DNA from: Anaeramoeba ignava BMAN
Lineage: Eukaryota > Protista > Anaeramoebae
Reading direction: 5' to 3'
Assembly: GCA_028826165.1 (NCBI GenBank)
Contig: JAPDFW010000020.1
Coordinates: forward strand, 1-36,711
Length of the DNA stretch: 36,711 bases
In this document: piece by piece, positions 13,401-23,229 of the stretch
Numbering within the stretch: the first letter of the stretch is position 1
How the letters are laid out: each line of letters starts with the position of its first letter
The notes under the pieces: model-generated
Seen by the model: only the letters and a program-made list of their open reading frames with translations
The model's database searches: none
What the model was told of the DNA's origin: nothing
Program-made: the position numbers and the translations under genes

Positions 13401-13507
13401 TCTTCTGTTTTTGTATTTAAATCTGTTGTTATTTCTTGTAAATCATTTTCATCTTCTGTTTTTGTGTTTAAATCTGTTTTTGTGTTTAAATCTGTTTCTT
13501 TATTCAT
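1335..13507 (-). CDS. Large BEACH-domain protein (neurobeachin/LRBA/Lvs family): helical N-terminal region, PH, BEACH and WD40; multi-exon, several frameshifts in this assembly
   Basis: BEACH motifs [58 protein letters not shown] and [23 protein letters not shown]. Upstream PH domain (IHKRKYISKQTAIEIFF). WD40 motifs HNDIISCL..VTGSKDTTVIIW and HEEEVRSV. Start ATG at 13507. Frame-consistent GT-AG introns at 13064-13135, 12755-12837, 11865-11970 and 9935-10010. Frame breaks near 12260-12080, 11525, 10800-11300, 10200, 5110 and 4655. Confidence 0.9.
5885..6140 (-). repeat. Coding (CAAAAT)n microsatellite, about 40 QN dipeptides
   Basis: Near-perfect GATTTT array in frame with the 1615-aa ORF. 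Confidence 0.95.
6880..7680 (-). repeat. Coding (EN)n/(QN)n/(EK)n microsatellite blocks in the BEACH gene
   Basis: CATTTT/GATTTT/CTTTTT arrays, in frame. Confidence 0.95.
10494..11300 (-). repeat. Low-complexity exonic tract: (SK)n hexamer array plus a 12-bp TGAATGATGTTT unit (KHHS)
   Basis: Flanking non-repetitive coding sequence on both sides enters and leaves in the Ser-Lys/Ser-Asn frame; no GT donor on the sense strand across this interval. Confidence 0.75.
12427..12750 (-). repeat. Coding (QN)n microsatellite in BEACH exon 3
   Basis: GATTTT array in frame with ORF 12246..12773. Confidence 0.9.
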
Positions 13508-13715
13508 TTTAGTTTAAGTTTTATTCAAAAAAAGGAAAAAAAAGGAAAAAAATGAAAAAAAATGAAATTTGCTTTTTGTTTTTTTGGAAGATTTTATTGT
13601 GAAATAAACGATTGAAAAGAAGAAGAAAGTGGAATGAAAAAAAAAGTAGAAAAAGATAAAAAAGGAAATCTTGAAGGAAATACTTCCAAAAAAAAATTGG
13701 AAAAAAGAAAAGAAA

Positions 13716-16700
13716 TTAATCATGAGTTTCATTGTCTTGTTTTTGATTATCTTTTGTTTCATCTTTTGTTTCATCTTTTGTTTCATTATCTTTTGTTTCA
13801 TTATCTTGTTTTTGATTATCTTTTGTTTCATTGTCTTGTTTTTCATTATCTTTTGTTTCATTATCTTTTGTTTCATCTTTTGTTTCTTCTTTTGTTTCAT
13901 TGTTTGTTTCATCTTTTGTTTCATCTTTTGTTTCATTATCTTTTGTTTCTTCTTTTTTTTCATTATCTTTCTTTTCATTGTCTTGTTTTTCTTTCATTCT
14001 TTTCTCATCTTTTTCTTTCTCTTCAGAACTAGTATAAATCTTTAAAGCCTTTTCAGTTCTTCGATAATAATTAGTTCTTACACCAGCACCAGCAATTTGT
14101 TGAGAACGTTGCTGGATTTGGGAATTGAAAGAAGTTGAAACATGAGTTGTTTTTTGAGGTTTTGCTACTTCGATTGTTCGATCTCTTGCGACAACAAAAT
14201 CACCTTCAGAAAAATTCCATAATAAAGTTCCAACAGGATCATTTGCGTTTTTATCATCTTTTGAGCTGATAAACATCCAGCTTAGATTTGAGAAATTATC
14301 TGAATTTTGACTTCCCATTTTCTTTGCAAATTCGATTTTCTCGAAATCAATGGATAATTTTTCTGCGAGAATTTTTTGGAAATCAAAAGCTGAAATACTT
14401 TTTGAAATCAAAATCTCCTGTTTTGTTGAATAATCAAAAGGATCTTTACGATCTGAATAATATCCTTGAATCAAGACTTGAATCTCGTTGATTTGCTTAA
14501 CAAAGGGTTTTTCAAGGACTTGATACACCATTTCTTGGCCTTCTCTGATGAAGTAAGAAGGGATGGAATCTTTCAAGACTTGCTCATCCTGGAAAATTAC
14601 ACCAGCTTTATAGAAATCCTTTTGTCGAATAAGGATTAAAGAAGGATCAACTGAGATTTTTTCACTAATTTTTTCTTTGATTTCTTTGATTGTCCAAGTA
14701 GTATTAATAGAGACGTTTATTTTTTCCCCGAAAATTTCATATCTTGCAGGATCATATGAACAGAACACGAAATTGTATTCGTTTTCTGCTAACGGTTTTC
14801 CCTTTTCAATGAGTAAAATTGTTGTTGAGTAAATTGGTGAAGCATCAACAGTGCGACTTAAATCCTTGAGTTCTTGATTTAAATCCTTCTTTTTGATTCT
14901 AAATTCATCGGGTTCAAGACCCACAAATTCGGAAATTTTCTGTTTTAAATCCCGTAAAGTTTTGCGTTTGTCAAATTTGAATTCTTTCTTTTCGGGCTTG
15001 TCTTCTGAGTTTTGAAACTGGATTGTAATTTCCATGAGCGAATTTTGCTCGTTATAAATCTCGATGGATTTACTTTCTTCATCGGATGTGTTTTTCAATT
15101 CAACATAAATTTTTTCACCTTCGATGATTCTGTAATCCGATCTTAATCTCTTGTCATCATCAGTCAGAATTAATGGTCTTCCATAAATTTCAATCCATCT
15201 TTGGTCTTCTTTCTTCAATCCACAAACTTTTGAGTATTTTTCTTTTGCTTCTCCTACTGTCGCGTTTTTGTTAATAAAGAAATCAAAAGATGGATTGAAT
15301 TCGTTTGTTTCTTGATCCAAAAAGAAGACTCTTAAAACCATTTGATCTGGATCATATTGTTCAAATTCTGCATCTTTTTCACGAACTTCAAGATAGAGTG
15401 TCTTTAGAAAATAATTAAATTAAAAATTAAATTAAAAATTAAATTAAAAATTAAATTAAAAATTATATTAAAAATTAAATTAAAAATTATATTAAAATTA
15501 ATTTTTCATTTCATTTCATTTCATGTTGTTGGTTTTTTTTTTACTCCTGAATATGTAATATTATGTTGCATAAGTGTTTGATCTTCTTTTCCAGTAAATG
15601 GTTCACTTGGAACATCAAAAGAGGATTTAAATTTCCTTAGTCGAATGCAATCCAAATCAATTCCTTTTTCTTCAAGTTTTAATTCTTTATAAACTAATTC
15701 AGTAATTTCTTTGATTGTTTGTGAAGATTTAACTGAAATTGGTGTTTTTTGCTTGTTATACATAATATCAAGACTGACAAGTTCTCTTTTTTTTTCATAT
15801 TCTTCTGCTTTCTTTTCGAATTTTTCATTTTCTTGTTTGAGGATTTCTTTTATTGAATCACTAATTTGTGATTCTTCAATTTTATTGATATTTGTTGGGT
15901 CAACTTTTCTGTACATAAGAAGATAAGCATTTGTTGAAGAAGAATAATAAGAATGTTTTGCTTTTTCTCCGAATGTTTCCAAGACTTCTGAGGGTTGTAA
16001 TTTTGAAATTCGGCTAAATAGTTCCAATAAATAAAAATTTTTTAAAAATTTTAAATCATTTCATGTAAATTGAAATATTTACCTATCATTAAAAGAAAAC
16101 CAGGAACCATCTGAATCAAAAGGACTGATATATGTATAATAATGGCCACCTAAAGCTCCTCCACTATGGATAAGTACTGCATATAACTTATAAAGATTAT
16201 TTGTATTTTCTGGTTTTTTATAAAACATTTCAAGTTCAATTTCCTTTTTACTTTTCTGCTCGTTTTTGTTTTCTGATTGAGTTTCTTTCTCAGTAGAATC
16301 TGATTGAGTTTGTATTTGTCCAATAGTTGGTGATATCGAATCAATTGATTCTCCAGCAACATGTTCTTGTGCTTTCTGTTGTTCGTTATCTTTTTCACCC
16401 ATTGTGTCTTGTTCTTGAGATTTTGATACATTTTCTGGTTCTGCTCCTGCAATTGCTGGAGGTTCTGATATGTTTTCTTTCTCTTTTTCGTTTTCCTTTT
16501 CATTTTCATTTTCATTTTTATTTTTTTCTTTTTCTTTTTCTTCTTTTTTCTTTTTTTCTGCTTCTTTTTCTGAAACTATTTTTTTCTTTTGTTCTTCAGT
16601 AAATCCTCCCTTTTTGCTTAGATATAAATCTCCATCAAGATAATATGGAAACGACACTTTGTTATTCAATTTAATTCTTGTCATCTAAGAATTTATATTT

Positions 16701-18860
16701 ATTAGTATTAGTATTAATATTAATATTATTATTTTGATTTATTGATTTACTGTTGAATAATCAAAATCAAATCTTTTTAATTGAATTGTTAAAATATAAG
16801 GAAGTGTTTCGAATTGTAATCCTTTAAAAAATTGTGTTTTTTCATTACAGTGTTCACAAAAGACTCTATATTTGATTTAAATGAATAAATGAATAAAAGA
16901 ATAAAAGAATGAAAAATAAATAAAATTATTACAAATTATCTTCATCCAATAATTCAATTTGAGTAAAATTCATAATTGCATCATGTAAATTTGATAATCC
17001 TGAAATAACCAATGAAATATCTTGAAAAGATTCCTTTTTCACACGAGCTTTTCCACATTTCTTTGAATATTGAATATTGAATATTTTAAATTGAAATTAA
17101 ATTAAATTGAAATTAAATTTTGAATATTGAATTTTGAATTGAAATATTTTGAATTGAAATTAAATTTTGAATTGAAATATTTTGAATTGAAATTAAATTT
17201 TAAATTGAAATTGATTACTTTGCATTCAAGAATATCAAGAAGTTGACCTTGAAAAAGATTATTAATAATTGATGCTTGTGGTGTATTTTTGAAAGATCTT
17301 TCAAGAGCATCCATTAACACTCGACTAAGTTCTTGAATGTCATGTTGTTGGAAAGAATCAGAACGATCCCATCGAAAACTTTTTGTTAATTTTTTGGTTT
17401 TGACTGCATTTTGATTTGATAATTGTAATCGAGCAAATAATAATTGTAATTGATAAGGAATACAAAATTGAGGATCTCCATCTTTTTTTTCATCATAACT
17501 ATTGTTATTTAAAGAATAAATATTAAATAATAAATATTAAATATTAAATATTAAATATTAAATATTAAATTAAATAATAAATAATAAATAAATAATAAAT
17601 ATTAAATAATAAATAAATAATAAATATTAAATATTAAATAATAAATATTAAATATTAAATATTAAATATTAAATAATAAATAATAAATATTAAATTAAAT
17701 AATAAATAAATATTAAATATTATATATTAAATATTAAATAATATATATTAAATAATAAATAAAATAATAAATAATATAATAAAATAATAAATATAAAATA
17801 TTAAATAAATATTAAATATTAAATATTAAATATTAAATATTAAATTTAGAAATGAAAAATAAAGAAAAAAAAGGAAAAAAAAGAAATACTTGAATTTATA
17901 AAGAGCAGAACGAAACTCTGTGGTATGAAATAGTGATTGGATCAAAGAATTCAGATAGCATGTTGCACCTTGATTACTTAATCCGGCATAACCAAATTCA
18001 CTTCTCTTCGAATATCTCCCATAAGAATACGGGCTGCAATATGCAGAACTGCCAATAGCAGCAACAGCAGTTGTCTGTGAGTCAGGTTGATGCGATCTTT
18101 TTGGTGGACGAGGTGGATTTACTGAGTTTTCATTGTTGTCATCTCGGTTCATTTCGTCAAGTTCAATTTCTTCATTATTTGTTGGTTCGGTTTGATTACC
18201 AATATATCCCCCTTTGATATGATTTTCAGGGTCACTTTTGTTCCTTACATGTTGTCGAGGTTGATTTTTTTTGTTTTTTTCGAATTTCTTTTGGTGCATT
18301 CGTAAATATTCATCAAGTTTTTTTTGTCTCGATTGATTTTCATTTTGATTTTCATTTTGATTTTCATTTTGATTTTGATTTTCATTTTGATTTTGATTTT
18401 GATTTTGATTTTGATTTTGATTTTCATTTTGATTTTCATTTTCATTTTCATTTTCATTTTCATTTTGATTTTCATTTTGATTTTCATTTTGATTTTCATT
18501 TTCATTTTCAAATTTATTTTCATTTTCAAATTTATTTTTAAATTCATTTTCATTTTCAAATTCATTTTCATTTTCAAATTCATTTTCATTTTCAAATTTA
18601 TTTTCAAATTCATTTTCACTTTCATTTTCACTTTCATTTTCAAATTCATCTAAATCAAAATCTCCTCTTTCTCTTGCTTTTTTTTTTTCTCTTTTTTTCT
18701 TTTTTCTTTCTTTTTCTTTTTCTATTTCCTTTTGTCTTTCTTTTTCTCTTTCAATTTTTCTTTGTCTTTCTTTTTCTATTTCTTTTTGAAATGCTAATCT
18801 TGATTCTTCTTGTTTTTCTCTTTGAAAATAATCTCGACGTTGTTTCATAAATTCTTCCAT
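13716..18860 (-). CDS. USP47: Ubiquitin carboxyl-terminal hydrolase, USP47-like (peptidase C19 plus C-terminal ubiquitin-like domains); 7 exons
   Basis: Cys box [47 protein letters not shown], Zn-finger cysteines [26 protein letters not shown], His box [27 protein letters not shown], and USP47-type C-terminal EKALKIY. Frame-consistent GT-AG introns at 17499-17889, 17061-17218, 16866-16932, 16685-16750, 16014-16082 and 15402-15544. Confidence 0.92.
13725..14000 (-). repeat. Coding 12/15-bp tandem repeat encoding (DNETK/DETK)n, the C-terminal tail of the USP
   Basis: Repeated tttgtttcattatct / tttgtttcatct units, in frame up to the stop. Confidence 0.9.
17515..17845. repeat. (TAAATAT/TAAATAA)n microsatellite filling USP intron 1
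   Basis: Visible pure A/T heptamer array between the donor at 17889 and the acceptor at 17499. Confidence 0.9.
18335..18650 (-). repeat. Coding (EN/QN/ENEF)n repeat in the USP N-terminal extension
   Basis: In frame within ORF 17826..18860. Confidence 0.85.
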
Positions 18861-19103
18861 TTTTATTATATTTTTAATTCCAAAAAAATTTTTGTTTAAT
18901 TTTATTTAATTTTATTTAATTTTAAAAAAGGAAAAAAATGAAAAAAAAAAATCTCATTTTTTTTAAAAAAAAAACTTTTTATTACGAATTATTTTTCAAA
19001 AAAGAGTAATAATTATTTTTATTTAAAAATTTTTTAATTAAAAAAGTGGAACAAATTTAAAATAAATAAAATAAAATAAAATAAATAAATTTCTTCTTTT
19101 TTT

Positions 19104-21719
19104 TCATTTCTTCTTTTTCTTATTTTCATTCAAAAACATCATAAATTGATTTCTCTTTTCAAAATTAGAAATAATTGATACAAAATTTTCATCAATTTGA
19201 TTTTCTTCAATTCTAATAATACAAAATTTAGTGAGAAAAAAACAAATTTGAATTGGAAAACTTTTTAATAAATTATGACTTAGATCGAATTCAACAAGAT
19301 TAAGTTTTTTTTCTTGATGACAAACAAAATCAATGTTTTCAATACAATTTTTTGATAATTTCAAGAATTGAAGATCATGTAATTTACAAAGAATTGAAAA
19401 ATCAAATTGTTGAATGAAATTATTTGAAAGATCCAATAATTTCAAATTGAAATGATCTTTTGAACAAAAAGGAAAATAACTGATATAATTATTTGATAAG
19501 TAAAGCAAACTCAACAAATGAAATGATGAAATATCAATATCAAATTTGAATAATTGGTTTCCTGATAAGTCCAAAGTTGTGATATTGATAAAGTTTTTAA
19601 ATGATTTTGGGATTTTGGAAATGAAGTTATTTTTAAGTATCAAAGTTTTAAGATTTGTCAATTCATTAATATTTGATCCAATTTTCGAAATTTTGCAATT
19701 AGAAAGTTCAATTTCTTCCAAATAAATATTTTTGGATATAGAAGATGGTAATAATACAATGGGATTATATGACAGATTGAGATGCTTTAGTTTCCTTATC
19801 AAAAATAAATTATTCGGGATTTCTGTTAATCCACTATGAGTGAGTCTTAAAATTTCAAGACGAGAAAATTTTTGCGAAAAAGATGTCAATTCTTTAATTT
19901 GAGGAAAATACGTCAATTCAATAATTTTCATTTGATCAGTTAATTCATCAAATAAATTCAGCACTTCCTTGTTTAATTGTGAGAATTCGTTTCCATTTAT
20001 TGAAATTCTGTTTTCTTCATTTGGATTATTTTTACAATCAGATATAATTGATTTGATTTTTTGTGTTTGTGTTTGTGTTTCTTGCCAATCAATATCTTTT
20101 TTATTCTCGTATTTGGATAAGCATTTGTCAAGCAAAGAAAATATTTTTTTATGAACGAAATGATAAATTTGATTTGAATTATTTGAATTTGAAATATTGA
20201 AATTTAAATTTAAACTTAAATTTGAATCATTTTCATCAATTAGAAATTTTTCAATTTTGGAGAATGATTTAATTGATATTTCATCAAGATTTTGGATCCA
20301 ATTATATCGAAGATCCAAATTTTCTAAATTTGTTAATTGAGTGAGAGATATTGGAATTTGTAATATTAAATTGCCGTGGAAATCAAGATATTGCAAAAAA
20401 GGAAAATTTGCTCCATTAAAACAATCCAAATCAATCAAAATATTTTCAGAAAAATTCAAATATTCAAGTGATCGAAGATCAAGAATTGCATTTGGAAAGG
20501 TGGAAAATAAGTTCATTGATAAAGAAAGAAAATGCAAAGATTTTGACAATCCTTTGAAAGAAGTGGGCAAATCATTCAATAAATTGAGAGACAAGTCGAG
20601 TTTGCTGAGTCTGAGTAAATTGTTGATATGGAAAGAAACGAAGCTAATATTGTTGTTGATGAGAAACAGATTCTCCAAATTTGGAAATGAGGAAATGCTA
20701 CTTCCAATTCTCTCGATATTGCAATTGTTTAGAATGAGAGTTTTGAGGATGATATTTGGAGAGGAAGATCTGATGGGAATCGAAGTAATTGGATTTTGGG
20801 AAATATTGAGATATTCGAGATTGGGAAGCGAGATGAATTCATGTGGGATTTGATGAAGTTGACAGGAAATTATTGTCAAGGTTTTGAGTTCTTTAAACGC
20901 GAGGAAGGATGATACATTTTGAACCCAAGTTGAGGAATGAAAAAATAAATGGTTGAACGAAGATAAATTCTTGATTACTAATGATATATCTTGCATTTTG
21001 TTGAATTTCTTGTCTATTTTGAGTTGGGATGATTTGGATTTAATGCTTTCATTGATTTTTTGCCTTAGCAATTTTAACAGCTTGTTTTGCTTGCTGAGCT
21101 CAAATTTCTTTGTTGAAAGTAATAAACTTTTGTCGATGTTTTTCTTTTTGATTTCCATTTCCAAATTTTTTGTCATTTCGACTTGGTTTGAAATAAAAAT
21201 ATTTTCGTATTCCTTGATAAAAGACTTGATTTCCAAATCAACGAAACTAAAGGCAAATAATTGGGTATCAATTTTGAAGAAAAAATCCTTTTTTTGATTC
21301 AATAGCTCAGATTTTGAAGGGGGAAAATAAGTTGATTTGTTTGAATTATTATTTTGTGGAGATTCTAAAACTGGTAAAGATGATCTAAGTGAATTTTTTT
21401 GTGGGGAATTTGAAGATGTTTGGTATGATATTGCCAACAAAATTTTAGTAATCCAATCCTCACAATCCAAATTGTCTTTGGTTTTCATTGATATTTTATT
21501 GCCATCTGATGATATTTCAAATGAACAATTATCAAGTTGTTTTATATAACTAACTGAATTGAGATTTAATGAAATTTTTGGTTTTTTAGAATTTTTTCGG
21601 TTGTAATATTTTAAATGGTTTTGTGTTAAAATTAGGAATTGATTCTTTTGTTTATGTTTAAAAAATCCTCCAATTTTATTAATTGAACCTTGTTTTATTA
21701 TATTATTTAAATTTGACAT
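19104..21719 (-). CDS. PH-domain plus leucine-rich-repeat protein (intronless, 871 aa)
   Basis: N-terminal PH pattern IIKQGSINKIGG...LILTQNHLKYY...DCEDWITKILLAI. Two blocks of LxxLxLxxNxL repeats (e.g. LEYLNISQNPI, LENLDLRYNWI, LKTLILKNNFI, ITTLDLSGNQL). Confidence 0.88.
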   Translation of the reverse strand: MSNLNNIIKQGSINKIGGFFKHKQKNQFLILTQNHLKYYNRKNSKKPKISLNLNSVSYIKQLDNCSFEISSDGNKISMKTKDNLDCEDWITKILLAISYQTSSNSPQKNSLRSSLPVLESPQNNNSNKSTYFPPSKSELLNQKKDFFFKIDTQLFAFSFVDLEIKSFIKEYENIFISNQVEMTKNLEMEIKKKNIDKSLLLSTKKFELSKQNKLLKLLRQKINESIKSKSSQLKIDKKFNKMQDISLVIKNLSSFNHLFFHSSTWVQNVSSFLAFKELKTLTIISCQLHQIPHEFISLPNLEYLNISQNPITSIPIRSSSPNIILKTLILNNCNIERIGSSISSFPNLENLFLINNNISFVSFHINNLLRLSKLDLSLNLLNDLPTSFKGLSKSLHFLSLSMNLFSTFPNAILDLRSLEYLNFSENILIDLDCFNGANFPFLQYLDFHGNLILQIPISLTQLTNLENLDLRYNWIQNLDEISIKSFSKIEKFLIDENDSNLSLNLNFNISNSNNSNQIYHFVHKKIFSLLDKCLSKYENKKDIDWQETQTQTQKIKSIISDCKNNPNEENRISINGNEFSQLNKEVLNLFDELTDQMKIIELTYFPQIKELTSFSQKFSRLEILRLTHSGLTEIPNNLFLIRKLKHLNLSYNPIVLLPSSISKNIYLEEIELSNCKISKIGSNINELTNLKTLILKNNFISKIPKSFKNFINITTLDLSGNQLFKFDIDISSFHLLSLLYLSNNYISYFPFCSKDHFNLKLLDLSNNFIQQFDFSILCKLHDLQFLKLSKNCIENIDFVCHQEKKLNLVEFDLSHNLLKSFPIQICFFLTKFCIIRIEENQIDENFVSIISNFEKRNQFMMFLNENKKKKK

Positions 21720-22082
21720 TTTTTGAATTGGTAAATAATAAATTAAAAAAAAAATGAAAAAAAATAAAAAAGGAAATTTTTATTAATTTTCTTATTAAAA
21801 TTATTCATTTTTTCTCATTTATTTTTTTTTTATTTTTTTTCTCCTTTTTATTTTTTTTTTCGCCTTTTTATTTTTCTATTTTTTTATTATTATTAATTAT
21901 ATATATAAAAAAAAATACAAATAAAAAACACACAAAATAATAAGAAAAAGCACAAAAAAACAATTTAAAACAAATTAAAACAAATTAAAACTAATTAAAA
22001 AAAAAAAAGGAAAAAAAATTTTTTTCTTATTAAAAATTAATTAAAAAAATAATAATAAAAAAATAAAATAATTTTTTTAATA
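21720..22082. promoter_or_regulatory. Putative bidirectional promoter between head-to-head PH-LRR and TADA1 genes
   Basis: 363-bp spacer between divergent ATGs, with T-rich tracts (~21800-21890) followed by A-rich tracts (~21905-22070). Confidence 0.55.
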
Positions 22083-23120
22083 ATGAAAACACAAAGAATT
22101 CAAATAACAAAAGTTAGAGAACAAATTGAAAAATCATTAGGAAGTAATTTTAAAGATTATTGGATTCATTTCCAACATTTTTTAAAAGGAGATATTTCAA
22201 TGATAGAATTTCTAGCCAAATTAAGAAGTTTTTCAACCGACAAAGAAGAACAAAAACAAATTATACATTTACATAATAAATTAGGTTTAGCAATTTGTTC
22301 AAATATAAATAACTCAATACTCCCCCCTCCCGGCATAGAAATTTCTGGCATTCCTTCCAAAAGAAAAAAACATGATCTGCCGGATAATCACAATCCATTT
22401 TCTCCTTCAAATTTTTTACCAAAACCTCGAGAAATTGCAAAACAGCTCATCTCAACATCAGATCACTTAGAAGATCAACATGAAGTTGAGAAATATCGGA
22501 TGTTCCACACTCGCGTGATTGATACAGGAAGGATATGCAAGCGCATGATATTCTTTGCTCATCAGAAAGGGATACAAAACTTAAGCGAGAATTCAGTGAT
22601 AATTGTTGTTCGTTATTTACATAATTTTCTGGCAAAAATCATTAATTTGGCCAGTCTTTCTTCTAAGGCTCCAGTTGATACTGATCTATTACACTATGCC
22701 GTTGAGTCGCAATCAAGAAATAATTCTCATAATCATTTATGTCTTGATTCGGTTTCAAATCCATCTGAAGACTCAAGAACAAATGATCCTAATAATCCCG
22801 AAAACACTCACTTTGCAAACCCTCAATTGACTTACATTACATTTTCAAAAACTCACAGAGACAATCCAAGTTATTCAACTAATGATTCAAAATTCTCCAA
22901 TTATTATTCTGATTCCCCCAATTCTAAAAATAACTTCCTCAGAAACTCTGATGAACGCGCTCATGGTCTCTCTTCTAATTTTTGGCTTTTTAAACAGCAA
23001 CACCAACATAATCTTACTCTTGATGATCTTGTCCTTGCTATTGATACTCTTTCTCCTTTTTTTAGAGTTCCTGTTAAGATTAAGGAAAAATATTTTAATT
23101 CCATTTCAGGAAATTTATAA
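22083..23120 (+). CDS. TADA1: SAGA complex subunit Ada1/TADA1 (SAGA-Tad1 family)
   Basis: N-terminal RIQITKVREQIEKSLG...YWIHFQHFLKGDISMIEF...IHLHNKLGLAICSN and histone-fold-like RMIFFAHQKGIQNLSENSVIIVVRYLHNFLAKII match the Ada1 family pattern as recalled. Confidence 0.8.
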   Translation: MKTQRIQITKVREQIEKSLGSNFKDYWIHFQHFLKGDISMIEFLAKLRSFSTDKEEQKQIIHLHNKLGLAICSNINNSILPPPGIEISGIPSKRKKHDLPDNHNPFSPSNFLPKPREIAKQLISTSDHLEDQHEVEKYRMFHTRVIDTGRICKRMIFFAHQKGIQNLSENSVIIVVRYLHNFLAKIINLASLSSKAPVDTDLLHYAVESQSRNNSHNHLCLDSVSNPSEDSRTNDPNNPENTHFANPQLTYITFSKTHRDNPSYSTNDSKFSNYYSDSPNSKNNFLRNSDERAHGLSSNFWLFKQQHQHNLTLDDLVLAIDTLSPFFRVPVKIKEKYFNSISGNL

Positions 23121-23229
23121 ACAATATTTTTACTTTTTCTTTTTCTTTGTTCTTTTCTTTTTCTTTTTCTTTTTCTTTTTGATATGTTGGTGTGAAATAA
23201 AAATTTGAAATTTAAATATTTTGATAAAT

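Noticed and set aside
13514-14045. Overlapping ORFs (MKQK repeats, FHLLFH repeats) near the USP 3' end
   Set aside because: They are alternative frames of the DNETK tandem repeat.
20341-21549. Antisense ORFs of 170, 114 and 70 aa opposite the LRR gene
   Set aside because: No recognisable motifs; expected shadow ORFs of a more GC-rich coding region.
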